This document shows positions 27,510 through 36,020 of a stretch of DNA of 64,000 nt, in pieces. A program made the translations under genes and the position numbers. The stretch's first letter is position 1; each line of letters starts with the position of its first letter. This stretch comes from a virus. A model generated the notes under the pieces. It was not told the origin of the DNA. It saw nothing but the letters and a program-made list of their open reading frames with translations, and did not search any database. The stretch lies in the IMG/VR virus record IMGVR_UViG_3300012953_000017, positions 32,001-96,000 of that record; one strand, written 5' to 3'.

Positions 27510-27756
27510 GTTCTTGTACCTCAGAAATCATAGCTTCTAAATTGTTATTAAAAGTCTTTTCATACTCTGATTCTAGGTCAAGAACACCTTCATTACTTAC
27601 AAACTTAATAAGTCGTAAGTTATCAGTGATGTCTGTCCCAGTTAATATTGCAACTTGTAATACTTTGGCAATTTGTGCAATTGCAGAATCTGATAGCTTG
27701 TAGCAGTCAAACATATTATTCTCCTTTTTTTTTATTTCTGAATTTTTGGTACCCAA
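27481..27756 (-). CDS. Hypothetical protein (likely start 27714)
   Basis: AAGGAG RBS before the internal ATG; LQVAILTGTDI core. Confidence 0.55.
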   Translation of the reverse strand: MGTKNSEIKKKENNMFDCYKLSDSAIAQIAKVLQVAILTGTDITDNLRLIKFVSNEGVLDLESEYEKTFNNNLEAMISEVQELVEETNESE

Positions 27757-28538
27757 TGTGTTGTCCTTCCATCAGGTGTCTTTTCTTTAACAACCTCATT
27801 ACCTTCAGGGTCGTTCTTTTGATTATATACCAGGAACCTCTGTGCGTATTGGCCCAATGTTCCGTTAAAATTTTCGTATGTTCTTATTGTAGCACCGCCT
27901 GACCGAAAGCTTTCTCTCAATATTTTTTTAATTGCTGAGTTAAGTGATGACAAATCTTTGTCAGAAAGAGAGTCAACTGTCCTGTGTGGTGATATCTTGG
28001 ACAGCCACAAAGAGTCTGCTTTTACATAGTTTCCGACGCCAGCCACCACTGACTGGTTCATTATAGCTTTAGTGATAGGCCACTTAGACTTCTTTCTAAT
28101 GGCTTGAAAAAACACTTCATCTTTTACATCAGTGGCTAGCATATCCGGCCCTAATGCCTTGAGTTTTTCTAACAAATAATGTTTTCCTCTGACTATTTTA
28201 ACAGTGCCAAAATTTCTTTGATCGTTGAAGTACACCTTACTTTTATCGTCAAAACAAAACTCGACTCTAGAATGCTTTTTTTTATTAGGTGACCAATGGC
28301 CGGTCATTCCTAGCGTGTTCCAAATATAGTGATCATTTTTTAGCATCCAGTATAAAAACTTGCCATGCACACCTACACCGGTGACTTTTGCCGGCAGCGT
28401 ACCTACAGATTCTAGAAGTCCTGGAATTGGCTTTTTCGTATATCTGCCGCTTAGCACATTTATGCTTTTTAAAGTCTTTGCGGAGACAAATTCAGACAAG
28501 TCTAATCCGTATCTTCTTACTTCAGGTCCTTCAGGCAC
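27732..28538 (-). CDS. Fpg/Nei family DNA glycosylase lacking the Cys4 zinc finger
   Basis: MPEGPEV, HGK, LGMTG, D.RNFG, LGPD, H2TH GVGNY; C-terminal GRTTHWVP with no cysteines. Confidence 0.9.
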   Translation of the reverse strand: MPEGPEVRRYGLDLSEFVSAKTLKSINVLSGRYTKKPIPGLLESVGTLPAKVTGVGVHGKFLYWMLKNDHYIWNTLGMTGHWSPNKKKHSRVEFCFDDKSKVYFNDQRNFGTVKIVRGKHYLLEKLKALGPDMLATDVKDEVFFQAIRKKSKWPITKAIMNQSVVAGVGNYVKADSLWLSKISPHRTVDSLSDKDLSSLNSAIKKILRESFRSGGATIRTYENFNGTLGQYAQRFLVYNQKNDPEGNEVVKEKTPDGRTTHWVPKIQK

Positions 28539-28950
28539 AGTTTTCCTCCAGCCAGTCTCGATATTTATTCAAGGCATGATCGTTAGGGCGTACATTTTTC
28601 CAGTCACCTACACAGAAAACTCTCCACGCATCCTCAGCGTACTTTCCGCATCCGTAAAGCTCTTTAGGCGATGACCACTCCTTCTCAACGTATTCTCTAG
28701 AGAATCTCCGAAGGGTCTCTGTACGTCTCTTCCACATTCCTAATGGTTTTATAAGGCTTTGCAAATCGTTAACATCTGCGTCCTTCATAGAATCTGCTGT
28801 GGGATACTTACGAAAAAGCTTCTCGTACACTTTGTCAACTTGTTTTCTAGAAGTTTGATTATGAAGAAGACACGCCACTAGTATTTTCCACTCATTAGGC
28901 CACAAATCTTCTTGCAGCATTCCGACTGGTGATCGAGGTGGTCTCCACAT
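28531..28950 (-). CDS. MBD4-like HhH mismatch (T/U:G) DNA glycosylase
   Basis: W.PPRSP..LQE.L....WK.L...L.NQT, GCGKYAEDA.R.FC, DHAL..Y.DWL match my recollection of the MBD4 glycosylase domain. Confidence 0.85.
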   Translation of the reverse strand: MWRPPRSPVGMLQEDLWPNEWKILVACLLHNQTSRKQVDKVYEKLFRKYPTADSMKDADVNDLQSLIKPLGMWKRRTETLRRFSREYVEKEWSSPKELYGCGKYAEDAWRVFCVGDWKNVRPNDHALNKYRDWLEENCA

Positions 28951-29004
28951 GCAGAGTCTCCTTTTATAAACTTGTTATATTATAAAAAGAGATCTTAAGA
29001 TGTA

Positions 29005-29307
29005 TTACTTGAAAACTCGCTCTTTGGCAGTGTCAAAAAGCTCTTTCATAAAAGATTTCTTTAGTTTGAGTAACCTATCAAATTTGACTTTATTTCTAGC
29101 GTCTGTGTAGAGTGCAGTGGGCTTTTTAATCTGGCCATCAATAAGCTGATCGCTAAAGTCATAAAATTTAGACTTAGGGCTTCGAGGTGGCTTAGCTTCG
29201 GCATCTGTTGGTGCCGCACACATTCCTATGCAAAATGCTATAATGCACGACATTATCATGGTCATGATTGATGAGTGTCTTATAAATCTTCTTACACCAG
29301 GAAGCAT
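29005..29307 (-). CDS. Secreted CglF/GltF-like gliding motility protein
   Basis: Signal peptide ending AEA; YDFSDQLIDGQIKKP...KFDRLLKLKKSF..EL resembles myxobacterial CglF (from memory). Confidence 0.55.
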   Translation of the reverse strand: MLPGVRRFIRHSSIMTMIMSCIIAFCIGMCAAPTDAEAKPPRSPKSKFYDFSDQLIDGQIKKPTALYTDARNKVKFDRLLKLKKSFMKELFDTAKERVFK

Positions 29308-29313
29308 ACTGTC

Positions 29314-29323
29314 TAAGTATGCA
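29314..29323 (-). promoter_or_regulatory. Putative late promoter (ATAYTTA motif)
   Basis: TGCATACTTA, identical to the copy at 17918. Confidence 0.45.
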
Positions 29324-29650
29324 CTAAGCTTGTCCTGGTTTCATCGCGGCAAGAATTTTAATCTCAGCCAGTTTCCTGTCCATCATTTGACGAAACTCTT
29401 CAGAATGATTTGCAATTTCAGCTGATCGAATTTCTTCAATCATGTCCCAAACAGAATCGTTTTCATCTGTTAGTTCTCTTATTTCTTTTATGCAAAACTT
29501 TAATGATTCTTCAAGCATAGCCAATCGAAAGTTAGCATCGTGCTCTGGCGAAGGTTTTTCTAAGACTGACTCTATTAGAACAAGTTGCTCTTCTACAAGT
29601 TGTGATCTAGTAAGTTTTTTTGTCATGTTATTTATTATATTCGACGACAC
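29324..29650 (-). CDS. Hypothetical coiled-coil protein
   Basis: MTKKLTRSQLVEE...; about 100 aa. Confidence 0.55.
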   Translation of the reverse strand: MSSNIINNMTKKLTRSQLVEEQLVLIESVLEKPSPEHDANFRLAMLEESLKFCIKEIRELTDENDSVWDMIEEIRSAEIANHSEEFRQMMDRKLAEIKILAAMKPGQA

Positions 29651-30437
29651 GAACTCTTATAACTGGAATATGATCATCAGGCGTCTTATCCATAACGCCG
29701 ACAAATTTGCATTCTTCAGGAACTACATACACTACAAACTCTAGATCGTCTAAATGCATTAAGCACTGAGAAGTTGAACGCATATTGTCTGTTGTGCGCA
29801 TCATGTTGTAGTTGCTTCCTTTATCAAAATTTTGCTTTGTTAAAGTTGGCATTATTTTGTTATGGTCATCAATATCAGAAAGCTCCATTTCTGCTGTAGC
29901 TTTTCTTATTTTTGATGATAGGTAATCATCAGGTTTTCTGTCTGGAGTATAACCCGCACCATCATGGTCTTGACCATGATTTGTCCTTACATCAAACCCT
30001 GTAGAAGGGTCTAGCTTTTTTATAATTGGGTTGTGTTTACTAGTCATCTCAATGCTGTACATTGACTTATTGTTTCCCGCGAAGGTGTGCCCTTTAATTC
30101 CATCTCTATAGGAAACTAATGATTTTATACAGTCTGAAAGTGTTTCTTGTTCGAGTGCATGAATCATTCTAGGACCATCGTCTGACTGAAGCTTTCCTTT
30201 TACAGCCTTTTCGTCTTCACCCACGAGTAATGCAGCGTTTATCACTCCAATTCCCTTCTCGTTCATGCCTTCCATGTAGTTAGTATACAGATCGTGTAGG
30301 TATACAACTTCCATTCCATTTCTTATCTCTCTTACTAGTCTGAGCTTTGGAACATAGTTTCTGTCTCTAGTTTTACCTAGAACATTGCCTCCTGAAATTT
30401 GGCCACCTACAATTATACATTCGCGCAAAGGTTTCAA
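29628..30437 (-). CDS. Cys-nucleophile Ntn hydrolase (C45/C59-like)
   Basis: C7 followed by a beta-strand and GKTRD; EGMNEKG; RTNHG; GGAG RBS before the TTG start. Confidence 0.75.
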   Translation of the reverse strand: MKPLRECIIVGGQISGGNVLGKTRDRNYVPKLRLVREIRNGMEVVYLHDLYTNYMEGMNEKGIGVINAALLVGEDEKAVKGKLQSDDGPRMIHALEQETLSDCIKSLVSYRDGIKGHTFAGNNKSMYSIEMTSKHNPIIKKLDPSTGFDVRTNHGQDHDGAGYTPDRKPDDYLSSKIRKATAEMELSDIDDHNKIMPTLTKQNFDKGSNYNMMRTTDNMRSTSQCLMHLDDLEFVVYVVPEECKFVGVMDKTPDDHIPVIRVRVVEYNK

Positions 30438-30449
30438 TTTTTTCTCCAG

Positions 30450-32405
30450 CTATGACATTAGGTAAATATAATTTTGATTTACGGTACACGCAACTCTAAA
30501 ACCACAGATCATGTCATGAAACTCGACTAAAGCATTAATATCTCTTCTGGTTGGTTCATACATGTGATAAACGAGCGACTCGTTTTTAGAAAACTTCTTC
30601 TTAAACCACCCTACTAATTTTTTACCTGCATCAATTCCTTTTTCCCACACAGCTTTTATTCCGGTCCAGAAAAAGCCTAGTGCTTTTTTAGCCATAGTGC
30701 TTATTAGACCTACAGTGTATTTAAAGAATTTGTCTTTTTGCTGTGCTTGCCACTCTTCATCCTTGTCTAAAAATTTAGAAGCGGCCCAAATACACCCTTT
30801 TGCTACACAATAGGCAACTACTAAAGCTAACAGAACTTTACCTATGGCAAGCCACATACCTGCACTCACACCCATCAAAGTTCCGCCAGCCCAAGTGCTT
30901 TGGACGCCGGTTGCACTGGCCATCATGTGTGTCATGGCACCTCCGACGCCGCTGACAGAAGTTGAGGCAGGCATGCCCATTGTCGCGAGCAAAGAAGGTG
31001 TAGTTATCGTTGCAGATGCGCCGGCGCCGAACAAATGAGCATATGCTGCAGCCCCAAAAGAACCAATAGTTCCGGCTCCAACTGCAAACATGCCTATTGT
31101 TCTAGAAAGTCTATCCTTTATGCTTCCTTTACCTCCAGAAAGATCTTCAATCGCAGCTTCTAGTTTATCTTGATCTGACTCCAGCTCGGCTATTTTTTCC
31201 TGATTTTCAGCTATTTCTTTAATAGCATCATCAAAATTATCTGCTTGTATGCCGATTCCTTTTAAGCCTGCCATAGCTGTTTCGGCGGCGCCGTCAGCAT
31301 TGGAGACTTTGCCCTGTATTTCTTCAGCGCCGCTTTTTATTTCGCCTTCAGCAGAGGCCATGCCTTCTTCTGTAGGCATGAATTCATCATCAAATATACT
31401 CTTGTCAGACTGCTGCGCGTCGATACCATCGCCTTCTAAAGTTTCAGTCTCTATGCCTACATCAGCAAGGTCAATCTGATTAGGCTTCTGATTACCACCT
31501 TTTTCTGATGCACCTTTTGCTGCTTTGCCAATGTCACCTTTTTGCTCACTAGAAGGAAGATAGCCTACATTTCCTGATTGTAGACTAAAACCGTTTTTTT
31601 GTGCGTATGCAGAGCAAAAGTCTAGAACCTGAGCCGGCTCTCCTTCTACACCTGCGTCAGATAATTTTTGTGCTATGGCAGACGCTAACTGCGCTACATC
31701 TCCTGGTGTGACTGGTTTTGCAGTGTTTTCTACGTCTTCGAACTCTGGAATGACATTCTTTAGGCTCATGGCAAAACCTTTCATCATCCCTACACCCTCG
31801 AGCGCAGAATTAACTTGAGGTTGATATTTTTCCATTTCTTCTGCCATAGCTTGTGTCGCTGCTGCATCTTTAGCAGCGGAGGCGTCTTCCATTAATAATT
31901 TCCACACTGCATCGGATTTGCATCGTTCATTTACATTTTTCTGTGACGGGAAAGCAGGCACGCCTTCAAGCTCTTGAATTTTAGCTGCAGCACCGGACAA
32001 AATTTCTTTGGAAGTTTTGACAGCAACTTTCTTGACATATTCTCTGCCCTTATCAGTCTGTGGCTTTATTGCAGTCCATTTTATTTTTTCATCTTTGGTG
32101 TCTTTAGAAAGCCCTAGGTCTTTGCGAGAGACTTGCCCTCCAGATACGTCTCGCTCTACTTCATTTGAAATAAAATCAGTCGTTTGTGTTTCGTAAGTTT
32201 GTGTTGCGTTATCTAGTTCTACACCGAAGAGAGATAAAACTGAAGTGAAAAGACCTTTGATAAAATCAAGTATTCCTTCATCTACTTTTTTAATAGAGGA
32301 TCGGGATCGAGCATTAAAGCTCGATTTTAGAATAGTCTCTATAATTACCTGTTCTTTTGAAAGGCCATAGACTGAATTAAATTTTCTCGTTCTTTGTTTT
32401 CTCAT
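30450..32405 (-). CDS. Large Ala/Gly-rich protein with C-terminal membrane segments (possible ejection protein)
   Basis: 651 aa; VDE, VNE, LME, KNE sites; hydrophobic Gly-rich region about aa 435-545. Confidence 0.55.
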   Translation of the reverse strand: MRKQRTRKFNSVYGLSKEQVIIETILKSSFNARSRSSIKKVDEGILDFIKGLFTSVLSLFGVELDNATQTYETQTTDFISNEVERDVSGGQVSRKDLGLSKDTKDEKIKWTAIKPQTDKGREYVKKVAVKTSKEILSGAAAKIQELEGVPAFPSQKNVNERCKSDAVWKLLMEDASAAKDAAATQAMAEEMEKYQPQVNSALEGVGMMKGFAMSLKNVIPEFEDVENTAKPVTPGDVAQLASAIAQKLSDAGVEGEPAQVLDFCSAYAQKNGFSLQSGNVGYLPSSEQKGDIGKAAKGASEKGGNQKPNQIDLADVGIETETLEGDGIDAQQSDKSIFDDEFMPTEEGMASAEGEIKSGAEEIQGKVSNADGAAETAMAGLKGIGIQADNFDDAIKEIAENQEKIAELESDQDKLEAAIEDLSGGKGSIKDRLSRTIGMFAVGAGTIGSFGAAAYAHLFGAGASATITTPSLLATMGMPASTSVSGVGGAMTHMMASATGVQSTWAGGTLMGVSAGMWLAIGKVLLALVVAYCVAKGCIWAASKFLDKDEEWQAQQKDKFFKYTVGLISTMAKKALGFFWTGIKAVWEKGIDAGKKLVGWFKKKFSKNESLVYHMYEPTRRDINALVEFHDMICGFRVACTVNQNYIYLMS

Positions 32406-32422
32406 AAGTTTCTTTTACTTCT

Positions 32423-33247
32423 TTAAAGACTAGTCTTTATATGTATGTTAAGTATCTTCTTCGGAGTAGCAATGTACTCATTCCATAAACTAGTCTTTAC
32501 ACTTCCGTTACAAGACTCTAACTCATAACATATGTTTGAATTATCGCCGCCTGGGTAACCTAGTCTGTGTAAATTAAGTGCCCTTCTCTTGTTGTCGACT
32601 GCCATTGATTTTATATCGCTTCGAAAACCCGCTCGGACATTACCTAGAAGGTGCACTATAATATTAGATTCAGGCCTAAAAAAAGGCCTGACTGCTACAG
32701 TAAAAGTAGATATATCAAAAGGATTACCTGTTTCCATTGAAGCTTCGAGTCTATCTAAGCCTTCTTTCGACGTGTAATGAAGCAACTCTTTTGGATTATT
32801 TGTAGACCCATAAAGCTGTGTGGTAAATTCTTCGTCTATCAACACATACGGTTCCATGTCACCTCTGGAATAAAAATATGCAAATCTTAGACTTCGAATA
32901 TCTGAAAAATAAGAAGCAAACTGCCTCTCAAATGACCACAATCTGTGGTTTACGAAGTCTTCAATAAAGTCCAGAACATTCTTTCTAGTTAATAGATCCC
33001 ACCTGTCAACTTCCGTGGATAGCTGGTACCCAAAAAACTCAGAAAGCTGCCCAACAAATCTTTCAAAGTCTTCTATTCTGCAAAAAGACGTGTGCTTACA
33101 ACTAATTTCTCCGCCACGGGTGTCCATTCCTATGGTCTGAAGGTCTAAGAGATAAGTTGCCATCTCTTCCCACTCATTAAGTGTTTTGAACGCAGACTCA
33201 GGCTTAATGTAGCCTCTTACTTTTGGGTGATCAGTGAGATTTTTCAT
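32423..33247 (-). CDS. Hypothetical protein, possible ADP-ribosyltransferase-like C-terminal domain
   Basis: LLHYTS, DISTFT, WNEYI pattern. Confidence 0.45.
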   Translation of the reverse strand: MKNLTDHPKVRGYIKPESAFKTLNEWEEMATYLLDLQTIGMDTRGGEISCKHTSFCRIEDFERFVGQLSEFFGYQLSTEVDRWDLLTRKNVLDFIEDFVNHRLWSFERQFASYFSDIRSLRFAYFYSRGDMEPYVLIDEEFTTQLYGSTNNPKELLHYTSKEGLDRLEASMETGNPFDISTFTVAVRPFFRPESNIIVHLLGNVRAGFRSDIKSMAVDNKRRALNLHRLGYPGGDNSNICYELESCNGSVKTSLWNEYIATPKKILNIHIKTSL

Positions 33248-33502
33248 CTATATCGGCCCTAGTTGATCCATTGTCTTTGTAAGGACGTCACCAGGATCCC
33301 AAGTAGGGCCGTCATTTGTACATTCATAACTTACAGACTTTCCCATATCTTTAGGTAAACTTTTAACCAGAACAACAACACCTTCGCTGCCATAATGTGT
33401 GCAGTTAGGGTTTGTATTCACCACGCTGTCTCCGCTGACAGGTTCGTATGTGTGACTTACAAAACTCTCCAACAACACTCTTCTTACAAATTCTCTCAGC
33501 AT
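33248..33502 (-). CDS. Small protein with N-terminal tag and SH3/KOW-like domain
   Basis: MLREFVRRVLLES, then GDSV.N.N..C.HYGSEG.V. Confidence 0.55.
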   Translation of the reverse strand: MLREFVRRVLLESFVSHTYEPVSGDSVVNTNPNCTHYGSEGVVVLVKSLPKDMGKSVSYECTNDGPTWDPGDVLTKTMDQLGPI

Positions 33503-33880
33503 TTATTTTCTCACGTAGTGGCGCCAATTATACCATGGGCGTATGCTTAAGTAATTAGGATACTTGTCATGTGTATACGCTTCTCGCTCAAAAGGATTTT
33601 CATAATACGCTTTTTTTCCGCTTCTGCATCTTATTAATCCTATTAACCAGAACACCCCGTAAAGAATCCATTGCCCTACAAAAAGAAGCTCAATTTGTTG
33701 TTGGTAATGAATTGTTTCGTGCCTTCTAGTTTTTTCGGACAGCTCTCCTCTACACCACACCCAAAATGCAAAACTTAAAGCCCAAATCTCTATTGGTGAT
33801 ATTTTTGAAAGCCACACTGGAATCTTGCTATTTTCAAACTCCCATGGCTTTCGAGACTTTAACCATTTAGAAACTCTCAT
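33503..33880 (-). CDS. HExxH-containing small protein
   Basis: RHETIHYQQ, hydrophobic stretch, AY..NPFEREAY. Confidence 0.6.
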   Translation of the reverse strand: MRVSKWLKSRKPWEFENSKIPVWLSKISPIEIWALSFAFWVWCRGELSEKTRRHETIHYQQQIELLFVGQWILYGVFWLIGLIRCRSGKKAYYENPFEREAYTHDKYPNYLSIRPWYNWRHYVRK

Positions 33881-33881
33881 T

Positions 33882-34160
33882 TTACCTCCCGTACTTGGCT
33901 TCGTACCTCTCTCGACCTGCCTTTGAAAATGCCGGATTTACAAATACAGCATATATTCTCGGACTGCCAGGGAAAGTCGATACTATTTCTACTTTTCTCT
34001 CTACTTCCCAGCCGGCGGCTCTATATTTTTCAACTAGTGTTTTCATGTAAGGACCCCATGTTGGATCGATGTCAACTATTTTTCCATTTACACATTCATT
34101 GTCAGTCCATGTAGACTCCAAAATGTCATTGATTATATCAACAATATCTTTACGTTTCAA
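33882..34160 (-). CDS. Hypothetical protein
   Basis: 92 aa; MKRKDIVDIINDILES. Confidence 0.55.
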   Translation of the reverse strand: MKRKDIVDIINDILESTWTDNECVNGKIVDIDPTWGPYMKTLVEKYRAAGWEVERKVEIVSTFPGSPRIYAVFVNPAFSKAGRERYEAKYGR

Positions 34161-34873
34161 TTTAATTCCTCGCTGTCTTTATTAATTAGGTGCACTAACT
34201 CTTTCCAATGTGCTGGATTAATACCGGGTGGAGGACCACCAAGACTTAAAGTGTCTAGAGCATCCTTGTACTTCTGCTTTTGTTTTGGGCTAGGGGCACT
34301 TTGTAGATTATGCAACATATCTGATAGTTTTATTTTTAGCACGTCTGGTTTGTTTGCTATTGATGCAACATAATCAGAATAATCAGTACCTTTGGTATGT
34401 GTAAGTGACCTTACAATATCCAGTGCTCTTAAACCTATGTCCGGCTGTCCAAAAGATCCTGCGATCAAAGATTCCATTTCTTCGCTGGATTTAACATTTC
34501 CTTGCGAAAGTGCATCTTCTAGAGCATCATGGAGCAAAGCAGCTGCGCACAAAACAGGCTCATCAGGATAGTATGCGTAGACAATATTTGCCACTTCAAC
34601 TGGATGCACAAGATACGGCTCGCCTGTTCTTCTTTTTTGTCCTAAGTGTGCCATTTGAGCAGTGGCCAGAGCGTCAGCTACATCGTCATTTACATCGCCA
34701 CAGACTTCATTAATGTGTTGTAAAATTATGGATCTTACATAGTTTCTAAGGATGTTTTCAGATGTGCCTTGAGAATTCTTTAGTTTCTTAATTTGGCAAG
34801 AGATATCATTTTCTCGAACTTGTCTTAACGAACCAGAAATATAATATCTTATGTATTCCTTGAGCACCTTCAT
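34157..34873 (-). CDS. Stand-alone RelA/SpoT-type HD hydrolase (small alarmone hydrolase / Mesh1-like)
   Basis: AH.GQKRRTGEPY..HP..VA, AALLHDALED, IKLSD.LHN; two N-terminal tags (LKEYIRYYI, LRNYVRSIILQHINE). Confidence 0.85.
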   Translation of the reverse strand: MKVLKEYIRYYISGSLRQVRENDISCQIKKLKNSQGTSENILRNYVRSIILQHINEVCGDVNDDVADALATAQMAHLGQKRRTGEPYLVHPVEVANIVYAYYPDEPVLCAAALLHDALEDALSQGNVKSSEEMESLIAGSFGQPDIGLRALDIVRSLTHTKGTDYSDYVASIANKPDVLKIKLSDMLHNLQSAPSPKQKQKYKDALDTLSLGGPPPGINPAHWKELVHLINKDSEELN

Positions 34874-34912
34874 AGGGACAACACCACCCTATGTTAAGTA
34901 TTTTCTAGTCGT

Positions 34913-35626
34913 CTAGAAATCTTTGTTATCTCTAAACGCTTTAACTGTTATAGGCCAAACTTCTTCTGCTATCGTCAATAAAGCTTGAGCTACTTGTTGA
35001 ATTTCCCACTGAGCGCCCTCGTGAATCCTAAGCTCTATGAATTTCATTAAGTTGCTAAGGTTGCAAGTACCATAGTACTCAGTGTAGAGGTTCTGGGGCA
35101 GGACTCCTCGAGCTTGCTCTCTGCAGACACCTGATTCTAATAGATTTTCATAAAGGTTTAGTGAAGATTTGTGGTGTGATCGAACAGCAGCGCTAGCGCT
35201 GAGAACGCCTCCATCTTCGTACCGGTACAAAACAGGATCATCGGTCTTGTTAGTGCTGGCCTGTCGATTTGATTGATGCTGAGATCTAAAAACACTTGGT
35301 TCATAGAATCTTAAGTCTACTTCAGTGTATCTTCGACTTATCTCATTATAAGCCCAAGTTCTATGGCGATGGTGCTGACTACGAATGAAAAGAGGCACCA
35401 CGAAACGACAAGTGAGAACGTTGTGCTCCAAAGTGGAAGTGTGGCGATGCTTAATAAGATAATCAATAAGTCTTTCATCTTTGTCATCTAGAATATCCTT
35501 TTGCTTTCCAAAACTAACTCTGGCTGCATTAACAACAGTTAAGTCATGCCCCATATGACTAACATAATCAACGCGACCGATGCCGTCTGAATAGAGGTCT
35601 ATAGACTTTATCTTAGTTTCTGTCAT
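34913..35626 (-). CDS. thyX: Flavin-dependent thymidylate synthase
   Basis: VNAARVSF, HTSTLEH, RHRTWAYNEISRRY, EQARGVLP, AQWEI. Confidence 0.95.
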   Translation of the reverse strand: MTETKIKSIDLYSDGIGRVDYVSHMGHDLTVVNAARVSFGKQKDILDDKDERLIDYLIKHRHTSTLEHNVLTCRFVVPLFIRSQHHRHRTWAYNEISRRYTEVDLRFYEPSVFRSQHQSNRQASTNKTDDPVLYRYEDGGVLSASAAVRSHHKSSLNLYENLLESGVCREQARGVLPQNLYTEYYGTCNLSNLMKFIELRIHEGAQWEIQQVAQALLTIAEEVWPITVKAFRDNKDF

Positions 35627-36020
35627 CCTTTACACCCTTACCATACCACCGGGCGTTTCTTCCTCGCACATCGTAATGAGTAAATGTTGTGTAAAGCCCA
35701 ACGCCGCCTTTCATCATCTTACCTTCTTTAATAAGATCAACAATAACAGCTTTTACTTCAGCAGGTGTCATTCCTTTGACTTTAATGTCGGCAGCATTTG
35801 CGGTCATATGCTGACTTCTTCTGGCACCTCCGATTCTGCGATTATACTTTGGGGAGCGGTATCCGCTAATGACTCTAATAGGTTTTCCTATTTCATCTCT
35901 TAGTACTTGAAGATTTTCGCATAGAAGAGATACGTTATCCATTAACTCTTCAGGAACGTCAGTACCGTCTTTACACCTGAACTCTGATAAAGAGAAGTTT
36001 TGTGTTATTTTATAACTCAT
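35613..36020 (-). CDS. Peptidase M15 family endolysin
   Basis: NFSLSEF.C, ISGYRS..YN..IGGA..SQH...AADI, HYDVRG. Confidence 0.88.
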   Translation of the reverse strand: MSYKITQNFSLSEFRCKDGTDVPEELMDNVSLLCENLQVLRDEIGKPIRVISGYRSPKYNRRIGGARRSQHMTANAADIKVKGMTPAEVKAVIVDLIKEGKMMKGGVGLYTTFTHYDVRGRNARWYGKGVKDDRN

